Of a stretch of DNA of 64,000 nucleotides, positions 12,656-29,609 are shown piece after piece. Position 1 is the stretch's first letter, and each line of letters starts with the position of its first letter. The notes under the pieces are model-generated. The model was not told the DNA's origin. It made no database searches and was given only the letters and a program-made list of their open reading frames with translations. The stretch is from the NCBI GenBank assembly GCA_965240325.2, contig OZ251249.1, positions 62,001-126,000 on the forward strand. The letters are read 5' to 3'. Position numbers and translations under genes: made by a program. This DNA comes from Rebecca billardiae RCC1528. Taxonomy: Eukaryota > Protista > Haptophyta.

Positions 12656-14229
12656 GATATACGTATACCCGTATGTGGGTGGGGCCGCCCTCATGAGACA
12701 TGACGCGGTGAACGTTGCAGCGGCAACTAGTCTCGACTCTTGCCGCTCGTAGTCCGCCTGTGATTAGTCCTGGGCCGTGCGGACCACGTGACGCCCTCTA
12801 CTCGGGGAGATGGGCCTGTGTGGGGTGCGCACGCCGCGTGCTCCGCTGCGGCCGCGGCAGCCGGGCCGCGGCGCGCCGGGACGGGTTGGTCGCCTGCCGT
12901 GCTGGACCGAGCCACGTCGTACCCACGCCGCGGGCGCGCCGCGCCCGCCAGCGCCCGCGCCCTCACCGAGGCCACACGAGTTGAGCGAGCAGCAGCCTGG
13001 GCCACTCGGCGCCGCTGGAAGAGTTGGCCGCTCCCGGTGGCGCCGACCTGTGCCCGCCACTGGGAGCAGTCAATTCTCCGCCGCCACCGAGCCGGCGCCA
13101 CGCGCTCGCGCTCGCGCTCGCGCTCGCGCCCGAGCAGAGGCGGCGCGCGCCGGCCGCGCCGGCGTGGCCGCGCGATCGCGCGCGGTTGGCAGCCGTGTGC
13201 GTGTGCGCCCGCCGCGCGCGACGCTCCGCCCGCTGGCACCGCACGCGAGCCGCCGCTCGTCGCGCGACCGACCGACGCGAGCGGCAAGGGGCGGGCGTGG
13301 CCTCCGGAAGACGCGGTCGTCCGCCAGCCCCGACTCGACAGATCGCCCTGCGCCGGCGCCTCGCCGCGCGCACGGGCGAGCGCACGAGCTGCCGTCGCAC
13401 AGGGCGCGTGCCCCCACGTGACTGGCGCGGGGTGGCGCCCAGAGAGTCGCCCCGCACGGGCCGCAAGCGCCTTCTCGACGGCGCACGCGAGCAGGCCCGC
13501 GCAGCGGGAGAGAGGAGCGAACGGGCACGAGGCCAGCCGGGACGAGGGTGGGTATCCGCGTCTCCAGGTGCCACCCGCCCGGCGCGCGCGAGTGTGCGCG
13601 TCGCAATGACTGTGCGGGAGCCTACGACCGTACGTGGCTCGCGCGTGGGCGGGCTCGCCGCCATCGCCGTCTCTGGTGGCCCGTGTTCCAGGACTCACCG
13701 CGCAGGCTGGCATCGTCGCAGGTTTCTAAAGCTTTACACGCACCACTGGTTTTGCAGTACAGCCTACAGTACTGTACACTCAATCTCTGATGCGTACTGT
13801 AGTAGCTATGGTACTCACTACGACTGTACTGTACAGTACAGGGCCGATCTCGGATCGATCTCGCGGCGCCATCGTCGGACTCCTCGCTGCATGGGCCGCC
13901 GCATCGGGCGGATCATGCGGGGAGTGTATATAGATATAGACGAGTAGTCCATCCTGCCGGCGGCGAGTGCTGCCCACACCGGCATCGTCAATCCGGATCT
14001 CCTCATCGGCGGCTGGCAGCAGCACGGCGAGACACAGCAGTGCATGCACATACTGACGACGCGGGATTGCGCGCGTAGCCGTCTGCATGCATGCATGCGC
14101 GCGGCCGGCCCGACCGAGGCCTGACGCGCCGCGGGTCACGGGCGAGACGAGGGGCAATGCGGCGACGGCGCGAAGGCGGCGACGAGGCGGCGAACTGCGC
14201 GCGCGCTGCGGCCCTCGCAGGCGTGGCGC

Positions 14230-15822
14230 CTACCCACCGCCGCCGTCCGCCGCCGCGGACGTAGGCGACGCGAACGCGTCGGCGCCGGCGCTGGGCGCGG
14301 TGGGCGCGGGGGCGAGCGGCTCCGTGTTGTCGTGCGCGTCGAACAGGCGGATGAGGGTCTTGGACACGGGCGCGCCGACGTCCCCCGTCACGACCAACGC
14401 GTGCATCTTCTCGGTACGATGCCCCAGGCCGGCAGGCACGGCCGCGAGGCCTTCCTTGATGCGCACGGCGAGCCCGGGCGCGGACCGGTGCGGCACCTGC
14501 AGCAGCGCGAACGGATCACGCGCGCTCAGCGGAAGCACGAGGTGGGCATCGGCCACGGTGCGAATGGCCTCCTCGATGCACGCATGGGCGGCACCGAGGA
14601 GCGCGCTCTCCGCCCGCTCGAGGCTCGTGGCGAACCCGACCTCGCGCTGCTGCGCAACGTGGAAGGGCTCGGCCTGCGAGCACGCGAGCGCCTCGTCCGT
14701 GTCCAGCCGGGCGAGCTGCTGGCGCACGTCCGGCCGGCACAAGAACGTGGCGAGACCCTTGACATACTCGTCAGTGGGCTCGCGGCAGAGCGCCTTCGCG
14801 AGGGACGCCAGGAGCCCGTCGCCCAGAGGCGGGTGCTCCGTCCGGTACCAGCGCATCACGGCGGCGTACGAGGTGAGCGAGCGCGCGCTCTCGGAGCCGT
14901 TCACCCCACCAATCGACGGCATGCGCGTGAGCATGCGCAGCGCGCACGGCGGGAGGTCGACGATGCTCATGCCGATCCACGTGAAACCCGGCCGGCAAGA
15001 GTTGGGCACGACGGCGTCGCAGAGCGGCTTGTGGAAGAGGTCGTGATCGAGGAACTCGAGCATGAGCGCGCGAATCGCGTCGGTGGTCAGCAGCCCGTTC
15101 AGCTGCGAGGCGGCCGCGCACGAGCGCATGCGACGCGCGAACTCCTGGCCTGACGCCTGCCGGTCGGCGAGGCCAAGAAGCAGTGCCATGCACGCAGGGC
15201 GCTCGTGGAACGCGCCAACCTCGAGCATCAGCTCGGGCCTCGCGACGCCCGAGCCGACGCGCGAAGTGCCGAGGACCCGCCGCGTGAGCGAGCCGACGTC
15301 GGCACTGGGATCGACCGCGTCCCTCAGGAGCGCCTCGGACGTCTCGCACGGGGCCACGCCGTCGGGCAGCTGCACGATCGCGCTGAGGAGGCGAGCGCCG
15401 GCGGCCTTGATCTGGATCTCCACGCCATCGACCAGCGTCGGCACAGGCAGCGCGCGAAGAGCGGCGCATGCCAACTCGGCCTTCACGCGCTCGATCAGAA
15501 CGTTCTGATCGTACGGCGTCTTCTGCACCTCGGCGAGGAGCGCGGACAGCGCCGTGGCGTCTGGGACGTTCGCGCGGCCGTACACGCGCGCCAGTACGTC
15601 GGGCGCGGCAACGATCAGGTTGGACTGCGCGCGCAGCGCCCGGAAGTCGGGGCTCTCTGCGTCGGCGCCGTCCGTGCAGACGACGAGCGATTTGCTCGCT
15701 GTGCTGAGGTTGCGCAGGTCGTTGAGCGTGAGCGCGTCGGCCTCCGGGCCGCCGGGCGGAGTGAACACGCCGGGAGCAGACTGCACGAAGATCCGCGCGG
15801 CATGTGGGGCGTCGTTCGCCAT
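14230..15822 (-). CDS. Intronless hypothetical protein, ~530 aa (MANDAPHAARIFVQ...)
   Basis: Long ORF with non-repetitive, globular-looking composition and G/C-ending codons. ATG at 15822. No family recognised. Confidence 0.7.
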   Translation of the reverse strand: MANDAPHAARIFVQSAPGVFTPPGGPEADALTLNDLRNLSTASKSLVVCTDGADAESPDFRALRAQSNLIVAAPDVLARVYGRANVPDATALSALLAEVQKTPYDQNVLIERVKAELACAALRALPVPTLVDGVEIQIKAAGARLLSAIVQLPDGVAPCETSEALLRDAVDPSADVGSLTRRVLGTSRVGSGVARPELMLEVGAFHERPACMALLLGLADRQASGQEFARRMRSCAAASQLNGLLTTDAIRALMLEFLDHDLFHKPLCDAVVPNSCRPGFTWIGMSIVDLPPCALRMLTRMPSIGGVNGSESARSLTSYAAVMRWYRTEHPPLGDGLLASLAKALCREPTDEYVKGLATFLCRPDVRQQLARLDTDEALACSQAEPFHVAQQREVGFATSLERAESALLGAAHACIEEAIRTVADAHLVLPLSARDPFALLQVPHRSAPGLAVRIKEGLAAVPAGLGHRTEKMHALVVTGDVGAPVSKTLIRLFDAHDNTEPLAPAPTAPSAGADAFASPTSAAADGGGG

Positions 15823-17224
15823 GCCGGTGGCGACGCGACTGGGACGGTGACGAGACCTCGGTGGCCGCGGCGGTGGACGACGGCGTTCGTGATCAGCGCC
15901 CACTCGCTCGACTCGTGAGGCGAACCCGGCCAACCGCCTCGTCGATGCAGATTCATTGTGCTGGCTCAAGAGGCTGAGGCGTCCGGATGGCCAGCCGGAT
16001 CGGCTTTAGTCATCGAGACGTGTTGGCGCCATGCCCGCCCGCCCTCGCCACCCTGCGCGCACGGCCCGGCTAAAGCCGGCGAGGAGGCGCGGGCTGGGCA
16101 CGCGCCGGCCGCACCGCGGACTCGGTGCCGCTCGGCACGCTGGTGGCATGGCGCGGGCCGGCGCGGGCCGTCCACTGCGGCGCGAGGCGGCCAAGCGCGG
16201 GGCCGCGCGGAGAGACCTGCCGGCCTGGGACTGCGCGCTCGTGCCTGTCGCGAGCTCTAGTCCCAGCCGGTGACGAAGTCGCGGCCGACCGCGAGCACTC
16301 TGGCTCGGGCTGCTGCCAGCCGCGGTCGTGATCGCCGTACGTGGGCGGAGACCGGCTAGTCGCTCTACGCGCCATCGCCACCGATCGCGCGGCCGCCGTG
16401 ACCACGCGTGAGCCCGGCGGTGACATCCGCCAACGCGCGGCGGACGTTGATGCGCCCGTCGTCGCGCCGCGAATCGACGGAAAGGCGCGGCGCCGGCGCC
16501 GGCCAGTGCGACCCGCCGGCACCAGCGCCGCCGCTCGCGGCGTCGCGGGTGCGGACGTCACCATGCGGACGACGAGTAGCGCACGACTTGATGATGATGG
16601 CGCGGCAGCGCATCGTTGTCGGCGCGCTGTCGTGCTTGCGGCCCGATCAGCAGCGGCTCGTGCTCTCGCCAAGGCCTGCGGCTTCGCCCTGCCGCGGCGG
16701 TGCTTCGCCCTGACGCACCGCAGTCGATCACGACGATCGTCGCCGAGGGCGGCGCACACACACCTGTCGCCATCATCATCATCATCGGCGTTGCGGGCGC
16801 GCTGATGCATCACGCCGCAAGCACTCTGCATTGGCCGCGTCGCGCACCCGCGTCAGCGGGCGAGCCGGGGTTGCTGACAGGCAGGTGGGCTGCAGGTGAT
16901 ACCGGCTCGACACGCGCCCCGCCGCCACTCTTCTCGTTTTCAGACCACGTCACTGCACGCTGGTGCACGTCGCAACCCGTGGCGCCATCCATCCATCCGA
17001 ACCCGTGCGGTTGGCAGCGAGCTTGACTTTGAGCAAATAAGCCAAAGGGCGGCGGCGAGTGAAGTATAATATAAGCCGCGCGTTTATACTTACGTTTTAC
17101 CCCAGAATGGCAGTGCAAGCCGCACGATGGCTTCGTCCGAAGCCGAGCTGCTCGCCACGTCAAGCGACACACTCACTGACAGTGACTGAGTGTGACGACG
17201 ACGTAATCGGGACTACTAGCGCTA

Positions 17225-17520
17225 GTACTACGACCGTGTGACGCGCCCGGACGCTGCGCGCATATACCGGCCGCAGCGGCCCGTGCCCGGTGCTCGGACC
17301 GTGATGACGACCGGGTGGCGGGACGAGACTGCTGCGCTTATATTATTCCGCCGCGAGCAGGCGCAGCAGACTCCGTGATGGAGCAACCTACCGTCGCGCA
17401 CACTCCTCAGACTCAGTGCGAGTCTGTCAATCATCATAGCAATAAGCCAGCGCAGTCACATCATCAACTACCGCGCCGGCGGATGTCAGCAGCTCGGACG
17501 AACTCCGCAGCGCGGTACAG
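17225..17520 (+). repeat. Dispersed repeat; empty-site paralog of 33365-33420 + 37420-37700
   Basis: cccggacgctgcgcgcatata|ccggccgcagcggcc... is contiguous here but split by a ~4-kb insertion at 33421-37419 in the other copy. Confidence 0.85.
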
Positions 17521-18434
17521 CTATATATATCGGCGGATGATGATGAGTAGCGGCGGAGTCACTCAGTCTAACTCGGCCGAGTCGGACGATGAGTGCCGTT
17601 ACTCCGACCGTAGTACACGGCGGGCACGAACTGCGCGTATGTTTACTGTCCTGAGTCGTTCCAGTACTACGCTAGTAGTGCTGCTCAGATCGACAGCATC
17701 CGCAGTGGGCCATCGTGATAAATAACGCGGCATCGGCCGCGAGGAGCTACCAATGGCGACGGCCGGGGCGTGGGAGATGGATGCTGCCTGCAGAACGATG
17801 CGCGCGATGCGCCCAAGGCCAAGGCCCCACTGCAGGTGGCCCTGTTACGGGTGGCCCTGTTAAGCCGCCCGAGGCCGCTGCATGACATCGCGTCACGACT
17901 CGCACGCACTCACACCGCTCATCGCTGTGCATGTGGCCGCCGTAGCCCGTACCGGCGGCGATCCGGTGGGCCAGTGGGGCAGTCGCCCGCCTACCGCCAG
18001 AAGTGACCGCCCTCAGTCAGGCCTCACGGCACTGAGCTTACGATCCCCGCCGACGCTCGACCGGAATCTCAATCATAACGTCAACGACATCAGTAAACGT
18101 GCGCGCCCGAGCGATGAGAATATAATCCTGCGGTCCGACTGTTCGCGGCTTCATGGGCGGTGACAGTTGGCAGGCATCAATCTCGCCTGCCTGAGGCTCC
18201 GTGTGTGCGTCGTACTGGCTCTTATATTCTGCTGCTTAGTAAACTGTACTCTCTCGAAATGAGTACAGTGGCAGCGGGGCGCGCCGGGGCCAACTGGACA
18301 GCCCGCGATGATTATATATAATATATACCGCCGCCGTTTATTTATACCGCGTCGTCGTTACCACCGTCCGTTACGGATTCGATATAGTATAGATGATTTA
18401 GCCGCGGCGGCCGGCGGCTTATTAAATCAGCAGA

Positions 18435-18436
<2 letters not shown>

Positions 18437-18529
<93 letters not shown>
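18437..18529. repeat. (GA)n microsatellite
   Basis: Directly visible. Confidence 0.98.
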
Positions 18530-18530
<1 letters not shown>

Positions 18531-18846
18531 GAGTTATAACGCTACGACTAATATCCGCCGATGGCCGATGACGATGCTAAGGTGATGTCGATGCGGATCC
18601 GCGGGACTCAGTCAGTGCTAGATGATCGGTACGGGTAACGCCTAACGGGGCGGGCAACGCTACAACGGGACTGATGCTGCAACGGGTAACTGCAGCAGTC
18701 GTCGGATGATTGACGATGGACGGCCGCCGCCAGAGCCGCGCTACACACTACTGCTGACGTCTGATAGCCGTCGCCGCTTAGCAGTAAGACTCCCGGCTGG
18801 TGTATAGTAGTAGCAGCAGAGCGCCGCGCCCGGCGACGGCCCGACG

Positions 18847-19216
18847 CTACTGCCGCCGCCGCGCCGCGCGCACCAGGTACGGCATCAGCGTGGCGACCTC
18901 CTCGAAGGTGCACGCGTCGGCCCGCGCGCCGCGCGCCGCGCCGCGTCGCGCCGGCGCCATCACCGCGACGAGCGCGTCGAGGAATCGCTCGACGACGGCG
19001 AAGCCGCGCGTGCGCGCCGCGGCGATGGCCGCGCGCCCGCCCGTGGTGTTCACCGCGGCGATCGGCCCGCACGGCGGCGACGCGTGCACGACCACCGCGA
19101 CGGGGCGGCCGCCCGAGCGCGCCTCGAGCTCGGCGCGCACGCGCGACGAGCGCGCACACGCGCGCCGGCGCGCCCTCGGACGCCAGGTCGAGCCGCACCA
19201 GCTCCGCGCGCTCCGG
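18847..19216 (-). pseudogene. C5 cytosine DNA methyltransferase fragment (motif IV-VI region)
   Basis: AELVRLDLA...[frameshift]...VVVHASPPCGPIAAVN...GFAVVERFLDALV...CTFEEVATL. SPPC (19069-19080) resembles the catalytic motif IV and FEEV resembles the ENV motif VI. Confidence 0.55.
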
Positions 19217-20310
19217 GGCTGGCGGCAGGCGTACCCCCCGGTCCGAGTAGTACCCTCGCCAGCCAGCCACTCGCCAGCGCCAAAACGCTTGGAGCGTGAC
19301 CCGGTTTGGAGCACGCGCTGAGCGCCGCTCATCCACCACTGCTGCAGCGCGCGGCCCACGCGGCTCAATTAGAAGGCGCGCTGGCGCGGGGCGAGCTCTG
19401 CACGCTCCGGGGCTGGCGGCAGGCGTACCCCCCGGTCCGAGTAGTACCCTCACCAGCCAGCCACTCGCCAGTGCCAAAGCGCTTGGAGCGTGACCCGGTT
19501 TGGAGCACGCGCTGAGCGCCACTCAGCCAGCACCGTGCTGGCGCGCGGCCCGCGCGGCTCAATTAGAAGGCGCGCTGGCGCGGGGCGAGCTTTGCACGCT
19601 CCGGGGCTCGCGACAGGCGCACCCCCCGGTCCGAGTAGTACCCTCGCCAGCCAGCCACTCGCCAGCGCCAAAACGCTTGGAGCGTGACCCGGTTTGGAGC
19701 ACGCGCTGAGCGCCGCTCAGCCACCACCGTGCTGGCGCGCGGCCCGCGCGGCTCGATTAGAAGGCGCGCTGGCGCGGGGCGAGCTCCGCACGCTCCGGGG
19801 CTGGCGGCAGGCGTACCCCCCGGTCCGAGTAGTACCCTCGCCAGCCAGCCACTCGCCAGCGCCAAAGCGCTTGGAGCGTGCCTCGTCTTGGAGCACGCGC
19901 TGAGCGCCGCTCAGCCACCACCGTGCTGGCGGGCGGCCCGCGCTGCTCAATTAGAAGGCACGCTGGCGCGGGGCGAGCTCCGCACGCTCCGGGGCTGGCG
20001 GCAGGCGTACCCCCCGGTCCGAGGAGTACCCTCGCCAGCCAGCCACTCGCCAGCGCCAAAGCGCTTGGAGCGTGACCCGGTTTGAAGCACGCGCTGAGCG
20101 CCGCTCAGCCACCACTGCTGCAGCGCGCGGCCCGCGCGGCTCAACTAGAAGGCGCGCTGGCGCGGGGCGAGCTTTGCACGCTCCGGGGCTCGCGGCAGGC
20201 GTACCCCCCGGTCCGAGTAGTACCCTCGTCAGCCAGCCACTCGCGCGCGCCAAAGCGTGCACAGCGTGACCCGGTTTTCCACACGCGCTGGGCGCCACTG
20301 AGCCACCGCG
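19209..20310. repeat. 194-bp tandem repeat, ~5.7 copies
   Basis: gctccggggct..caggcgtaccccccggtccgagtagtaccctc recurs at ~19210, 19404, 19598, 19792, 19986 and 20180. Confidence 0.95.
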
Positions 20311-20349
20311 GCTGGCACTGCAATGGCAGCGCTCGAACGTGCTCGGCTC

Positions 20350-23300
20350 GGCCTCAACGCGCTCGCGCCGTGGCAAGGCGCGCCCGCTTCTTCGACGTGA
20401 GGCGCGCGCGCGACCAGCTGCACTGCAGTGGGCGCATGTCATCTCAGGGGCAGCTGTGCGCCGAGAGCGGGCGCTCACGCGCGATGACGAGGGCCCTGGT
20501 GGTTGCTGCCCGCCGTACGAGCACCAGGTGCAGGTTGGACGAGCGTCAGATGGGAGGGCGGGGCGGGACAGCTTCGACCAGGGCGAGACGCTGGGACGGC
20601 TGCTGCGCTCCACGTCCGCAGCTCCCGGGTGCGCAGCCCGCCTCCCGGGCGCCGGCTCCGCGTCGGCCCAGCAGTCAACAGCACTCGGCGGCAGCTGCCA
20701 CAGCAGCAGCACTCGGCCGGCGCCGCCGCGCGCCGTGCGGTCAGCTCGGGCGCGGCGCGGCAGCCTCGGTGCAGCAGGAGCGCGCGCGGCGGGGCGAGGG
20801 CTCACCCACACACAAGTCCCACCGCACGAGAGCCGCGCCACCGGCCGCCGTGACGCGCTGCTCGGCGCGGCTGCCATCAGCCAGATCGAAAGGCAGAAGC
20901 CAGCGACACGCTCCGTCACTCGCAGGCCGCGGCAACTGAGACTACGAATGGCGGCGGCGGGCGCGGGCGCGGGCGATGGGCTGCTGACTCGACAATGTGC
21001 GCACGACGCAGCCAAGGCTCGTCGATAGACGCCCGTCATCGCCGCCTGCCCGCCCAAATCGCCCTGCGCGGCTATCGGATGGTCCGCGCCGCTTCGGGCT
21101 TCGGACGGCAAGTGAGACGGGGGGGCGGCGGGGGGGGGTGGGGGCGCCTTGGGCTGGTGAGGGGTGCAGGAGCGGATACGGCGCTCCGCGTGCGTACCTG
21201 CAAGCGCACGGCCGCCCCGTCCGACGCTGGCTCGCGCCCATCTGCGCCGCGGGATGCAGACCCGTGGGGAGTGGCCATGCTGCTTCGAACGCGCGCCATA
21301 CGTACCAGCAGACGATATTCCAGCCACGGGAAATCCGGAATCGGAAACCAGCATGGCGGCGCTTCATCCACGCCACCCGCCCGGAGGGCGGCTGTCGTGC
21401 GCGTCGCGTGCGCGCGCACGGCGGCCCAGTGGTGCTCGAGAGGATCCACGCGCCGTCGAAGCGTGCGCCCAGAGCGCCTTGGCCAGCTCGCCACGTCCCA
21501 CGCGCGGCCATCGCGGCGGCGCGAGCGCACTGCCAGCCAACCTTGCTCGGCCGCGCTGCCACGCACACGCTGCCGGCTGCGCGCGGCCGCGCGCGCGAGC
21601 GGTCGAGCGCGCGTGCTGGGAGGATGCATTCGCGTCTCCGCCAATCGCACGCACGACGCCGCGCAGTGCGCGATGCCAGCCAGCTACGCGCGAACTGCCG
21701 CCAGGTGTGCGCGCAGCGCTCGGCCGCGCGCTCAAGTGGCTGTTCAACGCAAAGGCTGTGCGACTCCTGCCCGCCACCGCCGACCCGCGGTGATCGCGCC
21801 AGAGTGTGCGCTCGCCTCGACCGCCCCGCGCCATGGCAAGGGACGGCCGCTCGCCCTCGAAGCGAGGCGCGTGCGCGAGCGGCGTGCGCGGCGCGGCCGT
21901 GATGGCGCGCACGGGTGGAGGATGGGGGCGCGGGGGCGGCGGCAGGCTGGGCCGGCGTGTTGCGCCAGCCACGACCGCTGCTCGCCGCCGCGATGGTCGC
22001 GCTCGGCAGTGCTTCGACAGTGCTCGTCTCGGCCGCCGCGGCAAGGCGCGCCCGCTCCTTCGACTTGAGGCGCGCGCTCGACCAGCCGCACAGCAGTGGG
22101 ACGGCAGTGGGACGGCCGTGCGCCGAGAGCGGGCGCTCACGCGCAATGAAGAGCGCCCTGATGCTTGCCGCTCGCTACGCGGCCCACCAGGCGCAGGCTT
22201 GACGGAGGGTAAGATGGGGGGGCGGGGCGGGGCAGCATCGACCGGTGCGAGGCGCTGGGCCGGCTGCGGCGCTCCGCACCCGCAGCGCCCGGCCGCGCGG
22301 CCCGCCTCTCCGGCGCGGCCCAGCCAGCAGCAGCAGCACCAGGCAGGCGCCGCCGCGCGCGCCGCGCGGTCTGCTCGGGCGCGGAGCGGTAGCCTCGGTG
22401 CCGCAGGAGCGTGCGCGGCGGGGTGAGGGCTCACGCGACAAGTTTCACCGCGCAAGAGCCATGCAATCGGCAGCCGTGAAGCGCCGCTCGGTGCGGCCAC
22501 GCTCCCGCCCTGACTGGGCCGCCCTTGCTGCACGCGGGGATGCCCTCGCGGGCGTGGCCCGTTCACTAACCGATTCGGCCGTTCAAGTGGCCCGATTGCC
22601 CACACACAACCATGCAGTGCTGCGCCACACTGGGCGCAACAGCACCGAGCCAGCCAGAAAGGCAGAAGCGCGCGGCAGTAATTGCCGACTGGTCCGAGCG
22701 GGACACACTACTCGCAGGCAGCAGCGACTGAGACTCCAAATGGCGGCGGCGGGCGCGGGCGCGGGGGACGGCTGCCGACGAGACGACGCTCACGATGCAT
22801 CGACGGCTAGCCGAGGTGGACGCCCAGCATCGCGGATCCCCCGCCCGAACCGCCGGGCGCAGCTGTTGGAGAGCCCACTGCGGGCTAGACTCGTCCCCGT
22901 GTGGGGAGAGGCCATGCTGAATTCGGCGCTGCCGCGACCAACGGTCGCTCGTCGGTGGCGTCGGAAAAAAGATCTGGTATTCCAAGCGACGAGAAATCCG
23001 GCCTCAAAGACCAGACCAGCATGGCCGCACTCCATCCCCGCCGTCCGCCAAAGGCGGCGGTCGTGCGCGTCGCGTGCGCGCGCACGCCGGCGCAGTGGTG
23101 CGCGAGGGGATCCACGCGCCGTCAAAGCACGCGCCCAGAGCGCCGCTCACCACGTCCCACGCGTTGCCATCGCGACAGTGCGCGGCGGCGCGAGCGCACC
23201 GCCAGCCCCTCGCTCGGCCGCGCCGCCACGCAAACGCAGCCGGCCGCGCGCGGCCGCGCGGGTGCACTGCGGAGCGGTCGAGCGCGCGTACTGGGGGGAT

Positions 23301-23700
23301 GCACTCGCGTTTCCGTCGCTTGCACGACGCCGCACAGTGCGCGGTGCCCGTCAGCAACGCGTGAACAGCTGCCAAGTCTGCGCGCAGAGCTCGGCCCGGC
23401 GGCGTGCGCGGCCGTTCAACATGTAGACTGCTCTTCTGCTGCTCGCCACTGCCGACCCGCGCTGACCGCGCTGGGGTGTGCTCGTCTCGATCGCCACGTG
23501 CACGCGTCCCTGTAAGGGGCGGCCGCGCCTTCGACGTGAGGCGCGTGCGCGACCAGCGGCATGCAGCAGCTGCGCGTAGACCGCTCGCGGCCGTGATGGC
23601 GCGCACGCGAGGCAGCTCGGACGAGGTGGAGGATGGGGGCGCGGGGGCGGGGGCAGCTGAGCTGGTGCGCGGCGCCAGCCACGTCCGCGGCGCGCTCCCG
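20350..23700. repeat. Diverged tandem duplication, period ~1.7 kb
   Basis: Matching blocks at ~20370/22040, ~20935/22727, ~21315/22977 and ~21835/23512. Confidence 0.75.
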
Positions 23701-24719
23701 CCACGCGCCGCCGAGCAGCACGCGCTGCGGTCGCTCGGCTGGCTCGCACCGCCCCACGCGCTGCCGTCGCGCCCGCGCGGGCGCGCGGTGGACAGCCCGC
23801 GACGACAGCGCGCGCTGCCCCAGGCCCAGCATCGGTATGGCCGCGACAGCCCGAGCCTGGGGCACGGGCAGCCCGTGTGGGCCCGCGCGGGCATAGTCGC
23901 GGGATGCCACGCCTCGACCTCGGCCGCGGCGCCGCGTGCTTCGCCGAGGTCAGACGAGCCCAGCCGAGCCCGGCGTTCAGCACCCCGAACCACCGCTCGC
24001 GAGACGACGACCGCGGGCAGCAGCGGCCCGCGCCGCGCACAGCGGGCGAGAGCGGGCGCTCGTCTTGAAAGGAGGCGCGGGAACACCCGTGCGGGCCGAG
24101 CCCTCCGAGTCCGCCGCACACGATCCGGGCGTGCGGCCCCGGCGCGCGCGCGCACCGGTCCAGCCCGCCGCGCCGCCGGACTACGACATACTGGCAGCCA
24201 TGCATCATCATCACTTCAGCATCAGCGCAATATATTTGGGGTTATTGGTACAATAACTGATTGTCTAAGAGGACGACAAGAACGCCGGGCGCCAGCGCCG
24301 CTCATCAGCCACATCGCCCTCTACCAGACCATCGCCTCAAAGGGCGCTGCTCCCGGACAAACAGTCTGTCCGGGTTGTTCTGCCGCCCAGGAGATCGGTT
24401 TCCGGCGCCGGCCTCTGCCGCCTGCTTCGCCAGGCGCGGCGTGCGAGATGGCTCCAGCCAAGCTCGTCCTGCGTCGCCGGCGGCGGCGGCTCGCACGCGG
24501 GTGGCGCGTCGCGTGCACCGACCAACATCTTATCACTCACGCACCGCGTCTCGTCTGACGGCGAGCGGCATGCCCACCGCATCTGCTGCCGCTCGCCAAG
24601 GCATGAGGACACGTAAATCCCACTGAGTAGGAACACACGCAGCCGCCTCGGCATCGACATGCCAGGCAGCGTGCCCACCTTCGGCCAGCAGTTGGCGTCG
24701 GCGTTCACGAGGACGGCTA

Positions 24720-29596
<4,877 letters not shown>

Positions 29597-29609
29597 TATA
29601 TATATAATG

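Noticed and set aside
16620-16790. Actin/Hsp70-like 'IVVIDCG' on the minus strand
   Set aside because: Too short and degenerate; no further motifs.
19209-20310. CRISPR-like array
   Set aside because: Whole units repeat with no unique spacers, there are no cas genes, and the context is eukaryotic.
23940-24130. 'IVCGGLGG' / 'ARLTSAKHAA' as the missing methyltransferase motifs
   Set aside because: Weak similarity, inconsistent order and spacing, and 5 kb from the SPPC fragment.
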